The notes beneath the pieces were generated by a model, which was given only the letters and a program-made list of their open reading frames with translations, did no database searches and had not been told where the DNA came from. Of a stretch of 64,000 nucleotides of DNA, positions 20,083-30,773 are shown piece after piece. Source of the stretch: an uncultured Opitutales bacterium (GTDB lineage: Bacteria > Verrucomicrobiota > Verrucomicrobiia > Opitutales > UBA2987). The DNA lies in assembly GCA_964542645.1 (NCBI GenBank), contig CAZIUG010000008.1, forward strand, positions 17,848 through 81,847. Reading direction: 5' to 3'. The stretch's first letter is position 1. Every line of letters starts with the position of its first letter. A program made the position numbers and the translations under genes.

Positions 20083-21663
20083 CTATACTCGGTAGGCAAA
20101 AATTTTAGCCTGAAACATTTTTAGGCGGACCGCAAGCATCTCTCCGACTTCTGATAGATCGCTCCTGTCTCCCCAAGTAACGACACTGTCTATAGAGTCA
20201 CCTGTGAGACGGTCACTATCCGTGAATGTAAATCCGGCAACCGGGTCGACATCTGGATGAACTCGAGAAGGAATCTGGCGAAGTATCTCAACTTCAATCC
20301 ACCCGCCTGGCTTACAGTGGTAATTTAATCTAAGTTCGGCAGCCGTGCGTTTTATTGTAGCAATGGTAAAACGGCCCTCGGCCTTGGATTCGATGCCGCA
20401 AAATCGAAAGGGCTTCCAACGCGCCCACCTCAACGAACATGAATTTACCCCATCTAAACGAGGCTCGTTGTGCAATTTATTGTGGGCACCGAATAGAGAA
20501 CCCCATAATCCATCCGGGAGTTCAACGATTCCACTACCCCAAGAATACACCATAGACGGTCCATTAGATCCTGCCACACCAGCTGGAATAATGGCCCTAC
20601 GCTCTGGTCGCTGCCAAATCACACCATCTCGACTAAAAGCAATCTGGCTATCCATATGATCTGTTATGTGGTGGTAAACCTGTACTAACATGCAGTGGAG
20701 ATCATCAAGACCCGGATGGGAAAAATAGTCACCCCCATAAAAGGAAGTATCAGGAGGATCCTGCCCGTCAGGAAAAAGGACAAGCTTAGGAGCCGACCAG
20801 TTGAGGAAATCCCTAGTTTGGGTCAGGCCAATTGCTCGATGGAAAATCTCGCTCTCCCATTTGCCTTTACCCATTAGGTCGAACTGCTCCTGTGGAACCC
20901 CCTGTAGGCGACAATAACCGTAGAAGAAGCCAGAGGATTCATCATAACTGATAGAAAGACCACCATCCATCGGAAAGTTAGCGAGAATCCGATCACACCG
21001 TTTCCAGTGAATGCGATCCGGAGAGGTCCATCCAATCACTCTCCCTTTCAGAACTAATCTAGGTCCCTTAAATGATGGCCCAAGATACTCCTGATCTGCC
21101 CACCATTGCTCAATCAGCTCGTCGTCGACATCCTCCCCTTCATTTGCCACCTCCCAAGTCGCAGAATTTAGTAATGCACCCTCACACCCCATTCCCTTAA
21201 AGCGTTCATTTGGGGACGCAGTTGGATCCTCAAAAACGCATTTCAAAGCATCCCCACCCACTTCGGTTACCAGATTGTTTTCTGTACTACCGTTTTTCTC
21301 AACAATACCCAATGAAGGTCTCCTCCAATGAAACGCATCTTCACTTGAAGCGTAAGCAACTCGCCCACCCTCATAATAGAGTAGATGGTAACCTCCTTTA
21401 GATCTCCAAACTTTAATTGAATTTCCCAAATCATCAACCTGCCCATCGAATGCGAGCGGTTCAGACCCTTCGGCTTCTTCAATGGCAAGACGAACGTCGA
21501 CGGGTGCGTCGTAGAGATTAAACTGCCTTTTCCGATCGACCGATCGGTGCCCTGGAAACACCTCCGTCCAATCAACCAGCGGACGCCATGAACCTCCATT
21601 GCTTCTAGGTCTAACCCAATCGCCGGGATAATATCCGCGGGATTTTTTCCATAAGTCACTCAT
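20083..21663 (-). CDS. Hypothetical beta-propeller protein (GH32/GH43 clan-like five-blade fold)
   Basis: Repeated blade-end motifs YASSEDAFHW, TSPDRIHW, TRDFLNW, FSRDGVIW, plus a C-terminal beta-sandwich-like segment. Confidence 0.55.
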   Translation of the reverse strand: MSDLWKKSRGYYPGDWVRPRSNGGSWRPLVDWTEVFPGHRSVDRKRQFNLYDAPVDVRLAIEEAEGSEPLAFDGQVDDLGNSIKVWRSKGGYHLLYYEGGRVAYASSEDAFHWRRPSLGIVEKNGSTENNLVTEVGGDALKCVFEDPTASPNERFKGMGCEGALLNSATWEVANEGEDVDDELIEQWWADQEYLGPSFKGPRLVLKGRVIGWTSPDRIHWKRCDRILANFPMDGGLSISYDESSGFFYGYCRLQGVPQEQFDLMGKGKWESEIFHRAIGLTQTRDFLNWSAPKLVLFPDGQDPPDTSFYGGDYFSHPGLDDLHCMLVQVYHHITDHMDSQIAFSRDGVIWQRPERRAIIPAGVAGSNGPSMVYSWGSGIVELPDGLWGSLFGAHNKLHNEPRLDGVNSCSLRWARWKPFRFCGIESKAEGRFTIATIKRTAAELRLNYHCKPGGWIEVEILRQIPSRVHPDVDPVAGFTFTDSDRLTGDSIDSVVTWGDRSDLSEVGEMLAVRLKMFQAKIFAYRV

Positions 21664-21847
21664 ACCTAGTAGACTGAATGTTTCGGTTAACTTGCCAATA
21701 GGAATCCCAGGTTATATCGTATTTTTTCACCTCTTAAAAATCCCTAAATTTGTCTAAAATTTGCTTTAGAAACAAGAAGATAGAATCTGCTATCCCGTCC
21801 TTGAACAGAAGTATTTATGGCATTCGATAATCTCAACTAACATCCAT

Positions 21848-22936
21848 ATGAAAATAACGCATCTGGAACTAGAAACGGTAACGGTAAACAATTATGAGAC
21901 CTGGGTATTCGTACTTATTCATACAGATAGCAATATTACTGGGCTGGGAGAGCTGAATCCATCTGCGCCTCGCGCAGCATGCGTAGCAACACTGAAGCAG
22001 ATGGGAGACAATCTCCGAGGCCGTGATCCTCGAATTATCAATACAATCATTTCAGATCTGAAAAAAGATACACTGGGACTCGTTGAAGTACGCTCTCTCA
22101 GCGCAATTGAACAATGTCTATGGGATATCCTTGCTCGGTCGTTGCAGGTTCCGCTCCATACACTCTTGGGTGGAAGCAATCACGATACTATCCGACTCTA
22201 TGCTAACATCACCCGGGCCACCCATCGATTGACCCCAGAGGCCTTCGCTAAGAGCGCTAAGGGTGCAGTTGCAGATGGATTTAGCGCCGTTAAACTCGCC
22301 CCATTCGTAGGACCGGGTCCCATAGAAAAAACAGAACATCTGGAAGAATCCCTACAATGTGTGCGTTCCGTACGAGCTGCCGTAGGTCCCAATATTGACA
22401 TCATGCTGGACTGTTACGGCCTCTTTACTCCACAAGCAGCTCTGGCAATAATCGAAGACTTGAGTGATGTGGGCCTCTACTGGTTTGAAGAACCTGTGGC
22501 GAATGATGATTGGGAGGGATATTTGAAAGTGAAAGAGCGTTGCGCAGTTCCTCTCGCTGGAGGTGAGCGTTACGAATTCCTCCAGGGATTCTGGCCAGCT
22601 TTCCAAAGGGAAATCTTTCATATCGCAATGCCCGATGTAGGAATCGTTGGAGGGATTGGGGAACTTCACAAAGTATCGATAATGGCCGAGAGCTGCGGCA
22701 TTCGAGTGGCTCCTCACGGTCCCTTCGGGCCCGTAACACTAGCAGCCAGTGCTCAGGTCATGGCGGCACACACCGGCTTCTTAGTAATGGAATATCCATG
22801 GGGCCTGAACACATGGCGTTCCGAGTTGGTCGACCCTCCGGAACACATCACTAATTCGCATTACCACCTTTCCAATCAGCCTGGAATAGGCACAGTCTTA
22901 AATCCGAAACTACTAAAAGAACATCGGGCGAAATAG
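21848..22936 (+). CDS. Enolase-superfamily dehydratase, galactonate dehydratase (DgoD)-like
   Basis: WVFVLIHTD, SAIEQCLWDI, KLA, MLDC / WFEEP / GGER, MPD, APHGP. Confidence 0.85.
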   Translation: MKITHLELETVTVNNYETWVFVLIHTDSNITGLGELNPSAPRAACVATLKQMGDNLRGRDPRIINTIISDLKKDTLGLVEVRSLSAIEQCLWDILARSLQVPLHTLLGGSNHDTIRLYANITRATHRLTPEAFAKSAKGAVADGFSAVKLAPFVGPGPIEKTEHLEESLQCVRSVRAAVGPNIDIMLDCYGLFTPQAALAIIEDLSDVGLYWFEEPVANDDWEGYLKVKERCAVPLAGGERYEFLQGFWPAFQREIFHIAMPDVGIVGGIGELHKVSIMAESCGIRVAPHGPFGPVTLAASAQVMAAHTGFLVMEYPWGLNTWRSELVDPPEHITNSHYHLSNQPGIGTVLNPKLLKEHRAK

Positions 22937-23227
22937 TGTGTTCTGAAACCCTTGAGATCACTTCTATAAAGCCTGAAAAGCATGAAACCAATCTTTTCTA
23001 GAGGAGGAAAGGAGTCAGATTAAGGATCCTAGATACAGCTACCTTCATCACCAATACTTGACTAATCATTTCACAAACCAGGACTTAATGTATTGAATGG
23101 AAATGGTCGAAACCAAAATAATATCAGGTTGGTATTCAGGTATTTAGAGATCCTCTACGTTGAATCTGTTGAATTCTAATTAGCCTGGCATGTTTGACTT
23201 TTCCATTTTATCGTTTAGAAGGAATTA

Positions 23228-24205
23228 ATGGATCCCTTACGAGTGGCAGTGATCGGTGCCGGGCAGCATGCTCGATCCCATTTAGACATGATCCATCAAG
23301 AGCCTGAAATGATGCTAGCCGCAGTAGCTGAGATTAATCCCGATCGTCTCGAGGAGGCTCGGAAGGAATACGCTCCAGAACAAGTTTTTAGTAACTACAG
23401 CGAAATGCTCGACGTCTGCCAGCTCGATGTCGTCTACGTAGAAACAATGCCTGCTCATCTCACCGAGATAGTCCTAGACTGTCTAGAACGCGATCTTCAT
23501 ACCTCTATCGAAAAACCAGTGGGCATGTCTTCTCAGGAAGCTGAGCGAATGCTGGCTGCTTCTGAAAAAAGCAATGGGAAGACAATTGTCTCTGTCAATC
23601 GCCGCTACTATCCCGAAGTTCTTGCGGTCAAGAACCTCATCCTGGAACACGGTGGCGCCGTTCATGTATCAGCTACTTACAACAAGGGATTAAATCCCCT
23701 GTTTGCTCATGGATCCGACGATGCTATACCCAGTCCAATAATTTGCGATGCCATACATCATGTGGATCTAATCCGTTGGCTTGCTGGACCATCTCTCGAA
23801 GAACCAGCAGATTTCGACGAGGTCTTCGCATATTCCTGGAAGGGAAACCATCCGGGAAGTTATCACTATAATGCACTCATCCATTTCACAAATGAATGCA
23901 ATGCCGTTATGATGAGCCACTACTCTGTCGGTTCCCGTATCCAACGGACCGAAGTTCATGCCGATTCCTTTTCGGCCTACCTGGATCTAACAAACAGTAT
24001 CCGAAAAACCGAACTTTACGAATCCGGAAGCCCCCTTCAGATACAACTCGACCTGGATTCCGTAGGCGGCCGGGACTTCAACGAAACCCGCCACTTCGTA
24101 GAATGCATACGCAAGGATAAAGAACCATGGAGTGGGCTCAAAGACCTCGTTAAAACCATGCAGTTGTGCGAAGCAATCGATCAAGGAATGAAGGGCTTCG
24201 AATAG
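23228..24205 (+). CDS. Gfo/Idh/MocA family oxidoreductase
   Basis: VAVIGAG, IEKP, VNRRY, DAIHHVD. Confidence 0.88.
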   Translation: MDPLRVAVIGAGQHARSHLDMIHQEPEMMLAAVAEINPDRLEEARKEYAPEQVFSNYSEMLDVCQLDVVYVETMPAHLTEIVLDCLERDLHTSIEKPVGMSSQEAERMLAASEKSNGKTIVSVNRRYYPEVLAVKNLILEHGGAVHVSATYNKGLNPLFAHGSDDAIPSPIICDAIHHVDLIRWLAGPSLEEPADFDEVFAYSWKGNHPGSYHYNALIHFTNECNAVMMSHYSVGSRIQRTEVHADSFSAYLDLTNSIRKTELYESGSPLQIQLDLDSVGGRDFNETRHFVECIRKDKEPWSGLKDLVKTMQLCEAIDQGMKGFE

Positions 24206-24398
24206 TCGAAAAAACTATTAACTCTACAGCTTCGATTCCCCTCCTCGGCTGCCTCTATTCAACCCAAGGTTAACATATAATCAGGTCCGTTAGATCTCAT
24301 CTTGGCTTTAAAATGAGGTTTAACCGGTCGTCCTATAAAAGGTACCTCAACTGAGAATGCTCGTTGTCCCCCAAAGCATCATTGAAGCATATAATATC

Positions 24399-26018
24399 CT
24401 ACGATCTATCGTAGATACTTTTCATCTGCCAAGCGTCCAGAGATATAATTCGCGATCCTTGACCCTGGGAAAGAACAGAAACACCAGTACTATCCTCACG
24501 TCCAGGGTAGACACGAACCGCAATGCACTGTTTATCATTAACAAAGACTTCAACGATACTTCGGTCCACAAACACGCGCAATTTAAGAAATTCATCTGGC
24601 TCCAAAAAAACAGGAGCTGTTTCAGGTGGTCTTGATCGAGCCTCGAGTAAAATTGAGGAGCAAGAGGAATCAATAGAGATCAAACTGTGAACTCCAACGC
24701 CATCTGCTGGGGTGCTCGAACCCATACCAGGAAGGACCGGTTTCAATCCTCGGTTACGGTAGAATGCTATACGGGTGTACTCCTGTTTGTCTGGCGCCCG
24801 AAGAACATCCAAAGCAACCATAGGTGAATCTTGGGTGTCAATTTCCACCTTGAGCTCAAAGGAACTACCAGCGATTTCGGAAAGGATCGTCTCTTGGTTG
24901 CTAGGGATCTCCCGGTCAACCAATTGAACATTATCGCCACGCAGTGACTCAATATCACCGGCGGGTGTGATCCTAAGTTCATTTTCATTTGTTAGATTTA
25001 GTCGCCTCGGAAGGCTCATTATCTGTTGGCCTGCCCAACATCCGAAAAAGAAAGAGGCGCGATGCTCATCGTTCCACCCCGTTGATGGGAGCGCCCAGTT
25101 CACGTTGAAAATAACGATGAGGCCTCCCTCCCCATCTGGTACTGCCGATGGAGCATGGACACCACCAGGCAAGGCAGCACCGAAATTGAAACGACCGTAG
25201 TCGGTGGCAATCAGCTTATCACGACCTTTATCGTAATCACCGATGATATAGCGCCCTCCGCGCATATGACTAAAGAAAAGCAACATGTGCTTGTTGCCAA
25301 TAGGCCAGAAGTATGGACAAGCCCCATCATCACCGTTCTCAGAAAACAGATCATCTTCAACGAAAGGATGTAGGTATTCCCACCTTTTCAGGTCGGAGGA
25401 CCGAAAAAGAAAGTTTGCTGGGCGCGCTCTTCCCCCAGGTCCAATTGGAAGGCGACCACCAGATAAGGAATAATAAAAACCATCCTTCTTCCATATACAT
25501 GGATCATAAATACGATAACCTGCCCAAACTTCTGGGACAGGGATAATTTCGTCTAGTTTCTCCCAATTTAACAGTAGTGGATCACGGCTGATCGCTGTCA
25601 TGTTTCCCCTGGGATGGCCGTAATAGTGAGCAAGGACCCGATCCTCCTCCACTAATGACGCACCCGACCAACAGCCATCCTCTGGATTGGGATAAAGGGC
25701 ATGAGGCAGATCGCGCCAATGGATTAAATCATCGCTAACTACATGTCCCCAGTGAGGACGGGGATCCTCTGGCGGCATAGTCTGATAGAACATATGCCAG
25801 CGGTTTTGCCAAAAACAAAGTCCGTTAGGATCATTAAGGCGACCCTCGGGATTGCAGTAATGATAGCGCGGCCTAACAGGATCATTTGCATGCTTTTTTC
25901 GTGAAGCAAAAAAGCTTTGCAGCAGGGGGTTTGACCGCAGTTGTTCTTCCTGCTCCTCGAGCGTATCACCGAATTTGGACTGCGGGACTTCCGATATATA
26001 GTCTTTTGAATCAGTCAC
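24399..26018 (-). CDS. GH32-family (beta-fructofuranosidase-like) protein with atypical catalytic motifs
   Basis: LNDPNG, HWGHVVSDDLIHW, WSGA, YDP, GACP, C-terminal LRVFVDRSIVEVF. GTG start. Confidence 0.85.
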   Translation of the reverse strand: MTDSKDYISEVPQSKFGDTLEEQEEQLRSNPLLQSFFASRKKHANDPVRPRYHYCNPEGRLNDPNGLCFWQNRWHMFYQTMPPEDPRPHWGHVVSDDLIHWRDLPHALYPNPEDGCWSGASLVEEDRVLAHYYGHPRGNMTAISRDPLLLNWEKLDEIIPVPEVWAGYRIYDPCIWKKDGFYYSLSGGRLPIGPGGRARPANFLFRSSDLKRWEYLHPFVEDDLFSENGDDGACPYFWPIGNKHMLLFFSHMRGGRYIIGDYDKGRDKLIATDYGRFNFGAALPGGVHAPSAVPDGEGGLIVIFNVNWALPSTGWNDEHRASFFFGCWAGQQIMSLPRRLNLTNENELRITPAGDIESLRGDNVQLVDREIPSNQETILSEIAGSSFELKVEIDTQDSPMVALDVLRAPDKQEYTRIAFYRNRGLKPVLPGMGSSTPADGVGVHSLISIDSSCSSILLEARSRPPETAPVFLEPDEFLKLRVFVDRSIVEVFVNDKQCIAVRVYPGREDSTGVSVLSQGQGSRIISLDAWQMKSIYDRS

Positions 26019-26214
26019 CGATTGAAAATCTCACCAAATATTCAGAATAGTCCACAATAAACCTGGAAAGACTCTCTTCTCCAGATTTATCAACAATCTG
26101 AATTGAAACCCTATTTGGAAAATTCAATGCGTCCCGCATCTCCCAAACAACGGAATACTTATGAACCCAATTCTATCCTAGTCCCAACCTAAACGGGAGA
26201 TTTAAGTCAGAATA

Positions 26215-26251
26215 TTCTAGGATTCATTAGTTTCCACTGAGAATCCTAGAA
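26215..26251. terminator. 11-bp inverted repeat hairpin just downstream of the MFS stop codon (possible terminator)
   Basis: TTCTAGGATTC (26215-26225) and GAATCCTAGAA (26241-26251) with a 15-nt loop. No clear U-tract. Confidence 0.35.
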
Positions 26252-26267
26252 GACGCAGCCCAGGATT

Positions 26268-27467
26268 CTAAGCGTTGGATGTTGAACGAGGAAGAGAGGT
26301 TTCTTGGATTGGCAAATGAAGTAGCGCAGCGACGACACCCAATATTATGGCACCAATCCAGACAGAATTATAGGATCCAGTCTGGTCATAAATCCGCCCT
26401 CCGAGCCAAACGCCGAAAAAACTACCAATCTGGTGGGAAAGGAATACGATTCCATAAAGTGAAGAGAGATGCCCAGTTCCAAATATCTGGGCGACAATTC
26501 CGCTTGTTAACGGGACCGTAGCCAGCCAAAGAAATCCAATTACAGATGCGAAGATTAGGACTGTAACGCCGGTGACAGGGACGATCAAAAAGAAGCAAAT
26601 AACAATGGCCCTCGATAGATACAGAAAGCTCAGAAGATATTTGGGGGGGTGACGGTCACCCAACCGTCCGAAAAGAAAACACCCGATCATATTAAAGAAT
26701 CCAATTAATGATAGAGCCGTTGCCCCAATCATATCAGAAAGACCATAATCCGCAATAAATGAGGGCAAATGGGTAGCAATGAAGGCAACGTGAAAACCGC
26801 AAACGAGGAATCCACAATTGAGCAACAAATACCCTTGGTGTTTGAACGCTCTAGATAGAACTTTTGCAAAGCTCTCCTGATTCGCAACTCCTACAGAAAC
26901 CGGATTCTTCCATGACTTAGAAGGTAATCCCAGGGCGAAAAGGGCAATAGTCCCAACTGCTAAAGAGGCATAAAGAAAAGTTATTTGCCAGTTAACTTCG
27001 CTTAGGAGCCACTGTAAACCCGGCACCACGATAAAGGTCCCAAATGAACCAGATGCAGTAACAATCCCAAATGCAGTTCCACGGCGTTCAGGTGGGACAA
27101 CCTGGGCTACCGCTCCCAATACAACAACATAGGATGTTGCACTAAGAGCGAAACCAAGCAAACCTCCCAGCCCTGTATAGAGACTGGCTAAAGAAGGAAG
27201 AAGTGCAAGAATCGCAAACCCTATAGCGTATAGAATCGCTCCGACGCCAACAACCATTCGTGCTCCAATTCGATCCGCAAGTATCCCTGCCAATGGAATA
27301 CCCAACAGGATATTTTGAATCGCCAATGCGAAACTGAAAGTTTCGCGGCTAGATGAAAGAGTGTCAGCTATGGGCTGGAGAAACAATCCCAAGGACTGTC
27401 GCACTCCCATTGCAATAGCCATAATCAAAGCACTAAACAGAATGGTCAAATGGGCCCTTGAAGACAT
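26268..27467 (-). CDS. MFS transporter
   Basis: GVRQSLGLF, GILADRIG, GFLVCGFHVAF, GRLGDR; about 12 TM segments. Confidence 0.9.
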   Translation of the reverse strand: MSSRAHLTILFSALIMAIAMGVRQSLGLFLQPIADTLSSSRETFSFALAIQNILLGIPLAGILADRIGARMVVGVGAILYAIGFAILALLPSLASLYTGLGGLLGFALSATSYVVVLGAVAQVVPPERRGTAFGIVTASGSFGTFIVVPGLQWLLSEVNWQITFLYASLAVGTIALFALGLPSKSWKNPVSVGVANQESFAKVLSRAFKHQGYLLLNCGFLVCGFHVAFIATHLPSFIADYGLSDMIGATALSLIGFFNMIGCFLFGRLGDRHPPKYLLSFLYLSRAIVICFFLIVPVTGVTVLIFASVIGFLWLATVPLTSGIVAQIFGTGHLSSLYGIVFLSHQIGSFFGVWLGGRIYDQTGSYNSVWIGAIILGVVAALLHLPIQETSLPRSTSNA

Positions 27468-27673
27468 GTGACTCTAAAGTACTCTGAAATTGAGAGATTA
27501 CTACTAAGGAATCCTGAATCAAGTTTCCAAAGACTTTTATGTTACGACCGACTATTCAGTCTCAGGTTGTTTTTCACCCAAAATCCGCAAACAAATTCAG
27601 GGAGAATCATATATGGTAGTTAGTAAGACTGAATATGGGAATAATTTAAGAAGCAATCGGAAGATAGACTATA

Positions 27674-28501
27674 TCAATCCTGATCTCCCATCGATATTCC
27701 CTTCATTTGCAAAACGATGCTTCCTTTATTAGTTTGATTGAAATTCTCAGTGAAAGCTTCTTGGTCAAAGAACTGGGTGGTATCGTAAAGGAAATCGTAA
27801 CGACCGTTACGACCCAAACCTTGGGCCAAGGCCGTCCGGTTAATCTCCGTATGCCTCTTCATTCCTCCGTAAGTGGGCCACAAAACACCGTTTTGACAGT
27901 AGGAGACATCGATAAAATAGCGTGACTCGTCCTCTCCGCCGGATTTGGGTCGACGGGCGTGCCAAAGGGCCGAATGAACAATGACGGCACTACCAGGAGA
28001 TAAGTCGTCAAAGCATAAGGATCCGGGAAGGTCCTCAGTGCCAAAAGACATCATTGCATCCCTAGCCACAATACGATCCTGAGAGCACGGCAGGACCAAT
28101 AAATCACCAACTTCGCCATTAAGACCATTGAGGTAATAAAAAACATGAACCATCAAATGAGATCGATTCGTTTGGGGCAACTGCTCGTAGTCTTGATGCC
28201 AATACACGCCTTGGGTTCCGGCGTCTTGGCGTACTGCGTGAATGTGATGCATGGCGAAATTTCGCCCCATCAATGTCTGGAGAATATCTATCAAAGCTGG
28301 ATGAGAAGTAAGTAACCCGAGCTCAGGATAGCCAACCAGCAAGCGTTCGCTCTTATTTTTTCGGTCTAGCATAAGCTGGTCAAGGTCTGTTCGCAAACGA
28401 GCGTTGAACTCTGTTTTTAAAAAGGAGGGAATGACCAAATAGCCCTCGCGGTGAAAGAAACCTTCATCCTCTCTACTTATGGGTCTTGAATTTCGATTCA
28501 T
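27674..28501 (-). CDS. PhyH family dioxygenase
   Basis: FFHREGYLV, WHQD, LWHAR, SRYF. ATG 28501 has GGAGG upstream; the ORF extends to 28555. Confidence 0.85.
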   Translation of the reverse strand: MNRNSRPISREDEGFFHREGYLVIPSFLKTEFNARLRTDLDQLMLDRKNKSERLLVGYPELGLLTSHPALIDILQTLMGRNFAMHHIHAVRQDAGTQGVYWHQDYEQLPQTNRSHLMVHVFYYLNGLNGEVGDLLVLPCSQDRIVARDAMMSFGTEDLPGSLCFDDLSPGSAVIVHSALWHARRPKSGGEDESRYFIDVSYCQNGVLWPTYGGMKRHTEINRTALAQGLGRNGRYDFLYDTTQFFDQEAFTENFNQTNKGSIVLQMKGISMGDQD

Positions 28502-28743
28502 CGTTACTTTCCCTCCCTTTATCAAGGCCTTTTTAACGCGATTCTCTGGATACAACTGAGCCCGGTCTAAAAGATGAATGACCTAGGGTATATCAAAATC
28601 AAGGGTTAGTTATCCCAAAGGACCATACTTTTGAATTCCCTATATCTTCTTTAAGATGCAGAATGATACTCCGGTCAGTGGAACGAGAGCACACACCAGT
28701 CTCGTATATTCCGAACACTGGATCTGGATCCATTAAATTATTC

Positions 28744-29799
28744 TTAGTCGACAACAGGGAAATTTACGGTCTGACCGCGTTCTACAGAACGGAAAACAGC
28801 CTCAGTGAATTCCATGTACTTAACACCCTGATAAAAGGTCGATTCGGCATGCTCTCCTGTCTTGATAGAATTGATAAAGTCCGCTTCAACCGTCCACTTC
28901 CGAGCCTCTTTCCTAGGAACAGGAAGTTCTTTAAGCTCTTTTCCCGTTCCTTTGGCACCAAGTATACGTTGGTCATCGAGGTTGACAGCAGTTTCGTAAA
29001 CCAAGGTGCCCGCACTTCCATAAATCTCGATACGTTCACTCGGTGAATGGTGAGCTGCACCCGAGAACATGTAGACGGCAGTAGCCCCACTTTCCATGAC
29101 AGCAAGAATGTTGACCGTATCTGGACGATCTACATCTCCCATTTTCTCTCGGCCGACCGGACGTTGTTTCGTGAATGTAACGGCTTGGGCAGTCAGAGAG
29201 GAAGTGTTTCCACACCACCGATTGACAAACTCATAGAGCATACCGACGCTCATAGCATTTAGACCAGACAATTGCCCTATTTGTCTCCAATGCAGTGGAG
29301 TTCTTGGATTGAGTAAGGCCGGAGCCATGGACCGAATAACGATATTCGTGATATCACCAACATAACCATCAGCTATCAGGCGACGCATGTAGTAGTCGCC
29401 TTTCATAGCATGCGGCGGTTGACAAATTTGAGTAGCGAGCCCGGTTTCCTCTGACTTAGAGTACATCTCACGGGCTTCTCTAAGATTCATCGCCATCCGT
29501 GCCTGAACCCAAGTGTGTTTACCAGCATCGAGTGACTCTAAGACATACTCACAGTGCTTGTAAGGCCAAGTCCCGATCATCACTGCGTCAATGTCATCCC
29601 GTGCAATTAGGGCATAAGGATCCGTCATAAGATCTGGATCGAGTCCGAATTCCCTCGAAATTTTCCGACCACTCGCAATTGATCGGTTGCAGATTGCAAC
29701 AACTTCAGCGCCTTTAACCTTGGCCAGGCCAGGAAAGTGACGGGTACGGAAAATTCCGCCAGCTCCTATGACACCAACTCTAATCTTATCTTTTGACAT
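28744..29799 (-). CDS. Gfo/Idh/MocA family oxidoreductase
   Basis: VGVIGAGG, IDAVMIGTWP, GKH, IEIYGSAG. The usual EKP is replaced by QARM. Confidence 0.85.
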   Translation of the reverse strand: MSKDKIRVGVIGAGGIFRTRHFPGLAKVKGAEVVAICNRSIASGRKISREFGLDPDLMTDPYALIARDDIDAVMIGTWPYKHCEYVLESLDAGKHTWVQARMAMNLREAREMYSKSEETGLATQICQPPHAMKGDYYMRRLIADGYVGDITNIVIRSMAPALLNPRTPLHWRQIGQLSGLNAMSVGMLYEFVNRWCGNTSSLTAQAVTFTKQRPVGREKMGDVDRPDTVNILAVMESGATAVYMFSGAAHHSPSERIEIYGSAGTLVYETAVNLDDQRILGAKGTGKELKELPVPRKEARKWTVEADFINSIKTGEHAESTFYQGVKYMEFTEAVFRSVERGQTVNFPVVD

Positions 29800-29879
29800 A
29801 GCCTATCCTTGAATAAAATTTAATTTCCCTGTACTGAATTCCGACTCTTCTTAGTAGACGAGGTTATTCACAGTCTCAT

Positions 29880-30590
29880 TTAGGGCATCAAGTTAATCTT
29901 TGCCACCCACCCGGAACTAGCATCGCAGTACATAAAACCCTCTCCGTATAGAGACAATCCATGAGGTTGCGGATATGGCTCCGGTACCTCAATGCAATCA
30001 AGCTCTTCACCTGAATCCAGATCTAACTTCACAATCACCCGATCCCCGGTGAAAGTCACCCAAATCCCATCTTCCATGCGAACGACACCATGTGCCCTTT
30101 CGCGAGGAAGCTGGTAGACTCTCTCAACCGTCCAGTCCGGCAAAAGGACCTTGCTCATCTCCTTACGTCCCGGATGTGTTACCCAAACGACATCCTGCTC
30201 CAGATGATCGTATTCAAAACCATGGACCCCACCGCCACCAGGAACCAAATAGCGATTCACCGTGCTTCCATTCTCCGGATCAATCTTGAAAATTTCAGAT
30301 GTTCCACTTTTGGGATCCGTCTCACGAACCGGCCGCCATCTTGACCCATCCCCGTTCGCCGCAAGCCAAAGGGCGCCACCTCCAAATGCCATCCCACTGG
30401 TATTAGACGATTCAGAAGGAATATCCCGAATAAACTTCGTATTCCCGTAGTCTGGATCAACACTCTCAATCTCCATTAAAGCAACCCGGCCTGTAATCTG
30501 ATCCACAATCCATACCCCTTCATCCACCACCTGCAATCCATTGGGTAACGAATATGGCGCTCGAAATAATCTTTCAATGTTTACCTGCAT
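29880..30590 (-). CDS. Hypothetical beta-propeller protein (SMP-30/Vgb/glutamine cyclotransferase-like fold)
   Basis: Repeated blade starts PNGL, TSGM, VHGF, AHGV, PHGL, each followed by an aromatic xW/xF strand. Confidence 0.55.
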   Translation of the reverse strand: MQVNIERLFRAPYSLPNGLQVVDEGVWIVDQITGRVALMEIESVDPDYGNTKFIRDIPSESSNTSGMAFGGGALWLAANGDGSRWRPVRETDPKSGTSEIFKIDPENGSTVNRYLVPGGGGVHGFEYDHLEQDVVWVTHPGRKEMSKVLLPDWTVERVYQLPRERAHGVVRMEDGIWVTFTGDRVIVKLDLDSGEELDCIEVPEPYPQPHGLSLYGEGFMYCDASSGWVAKINLMP

Positions 30591-30773
30591 ATATCCTTTC
30601 TTTCTAGCACTGCTGTAGACGATTGAGGGATCAAATCAAAAATCAGTCAAGACGCGATGAATCGATCAGACAAAGAACTTCCTTGATTTTCGACCATCAA
30701 CAAGGACTAAAAGCTTACGTCTCGCGAAATAAGACTTCATAAATCGATCTAGACACTGAGAGGTCGGTTGATC

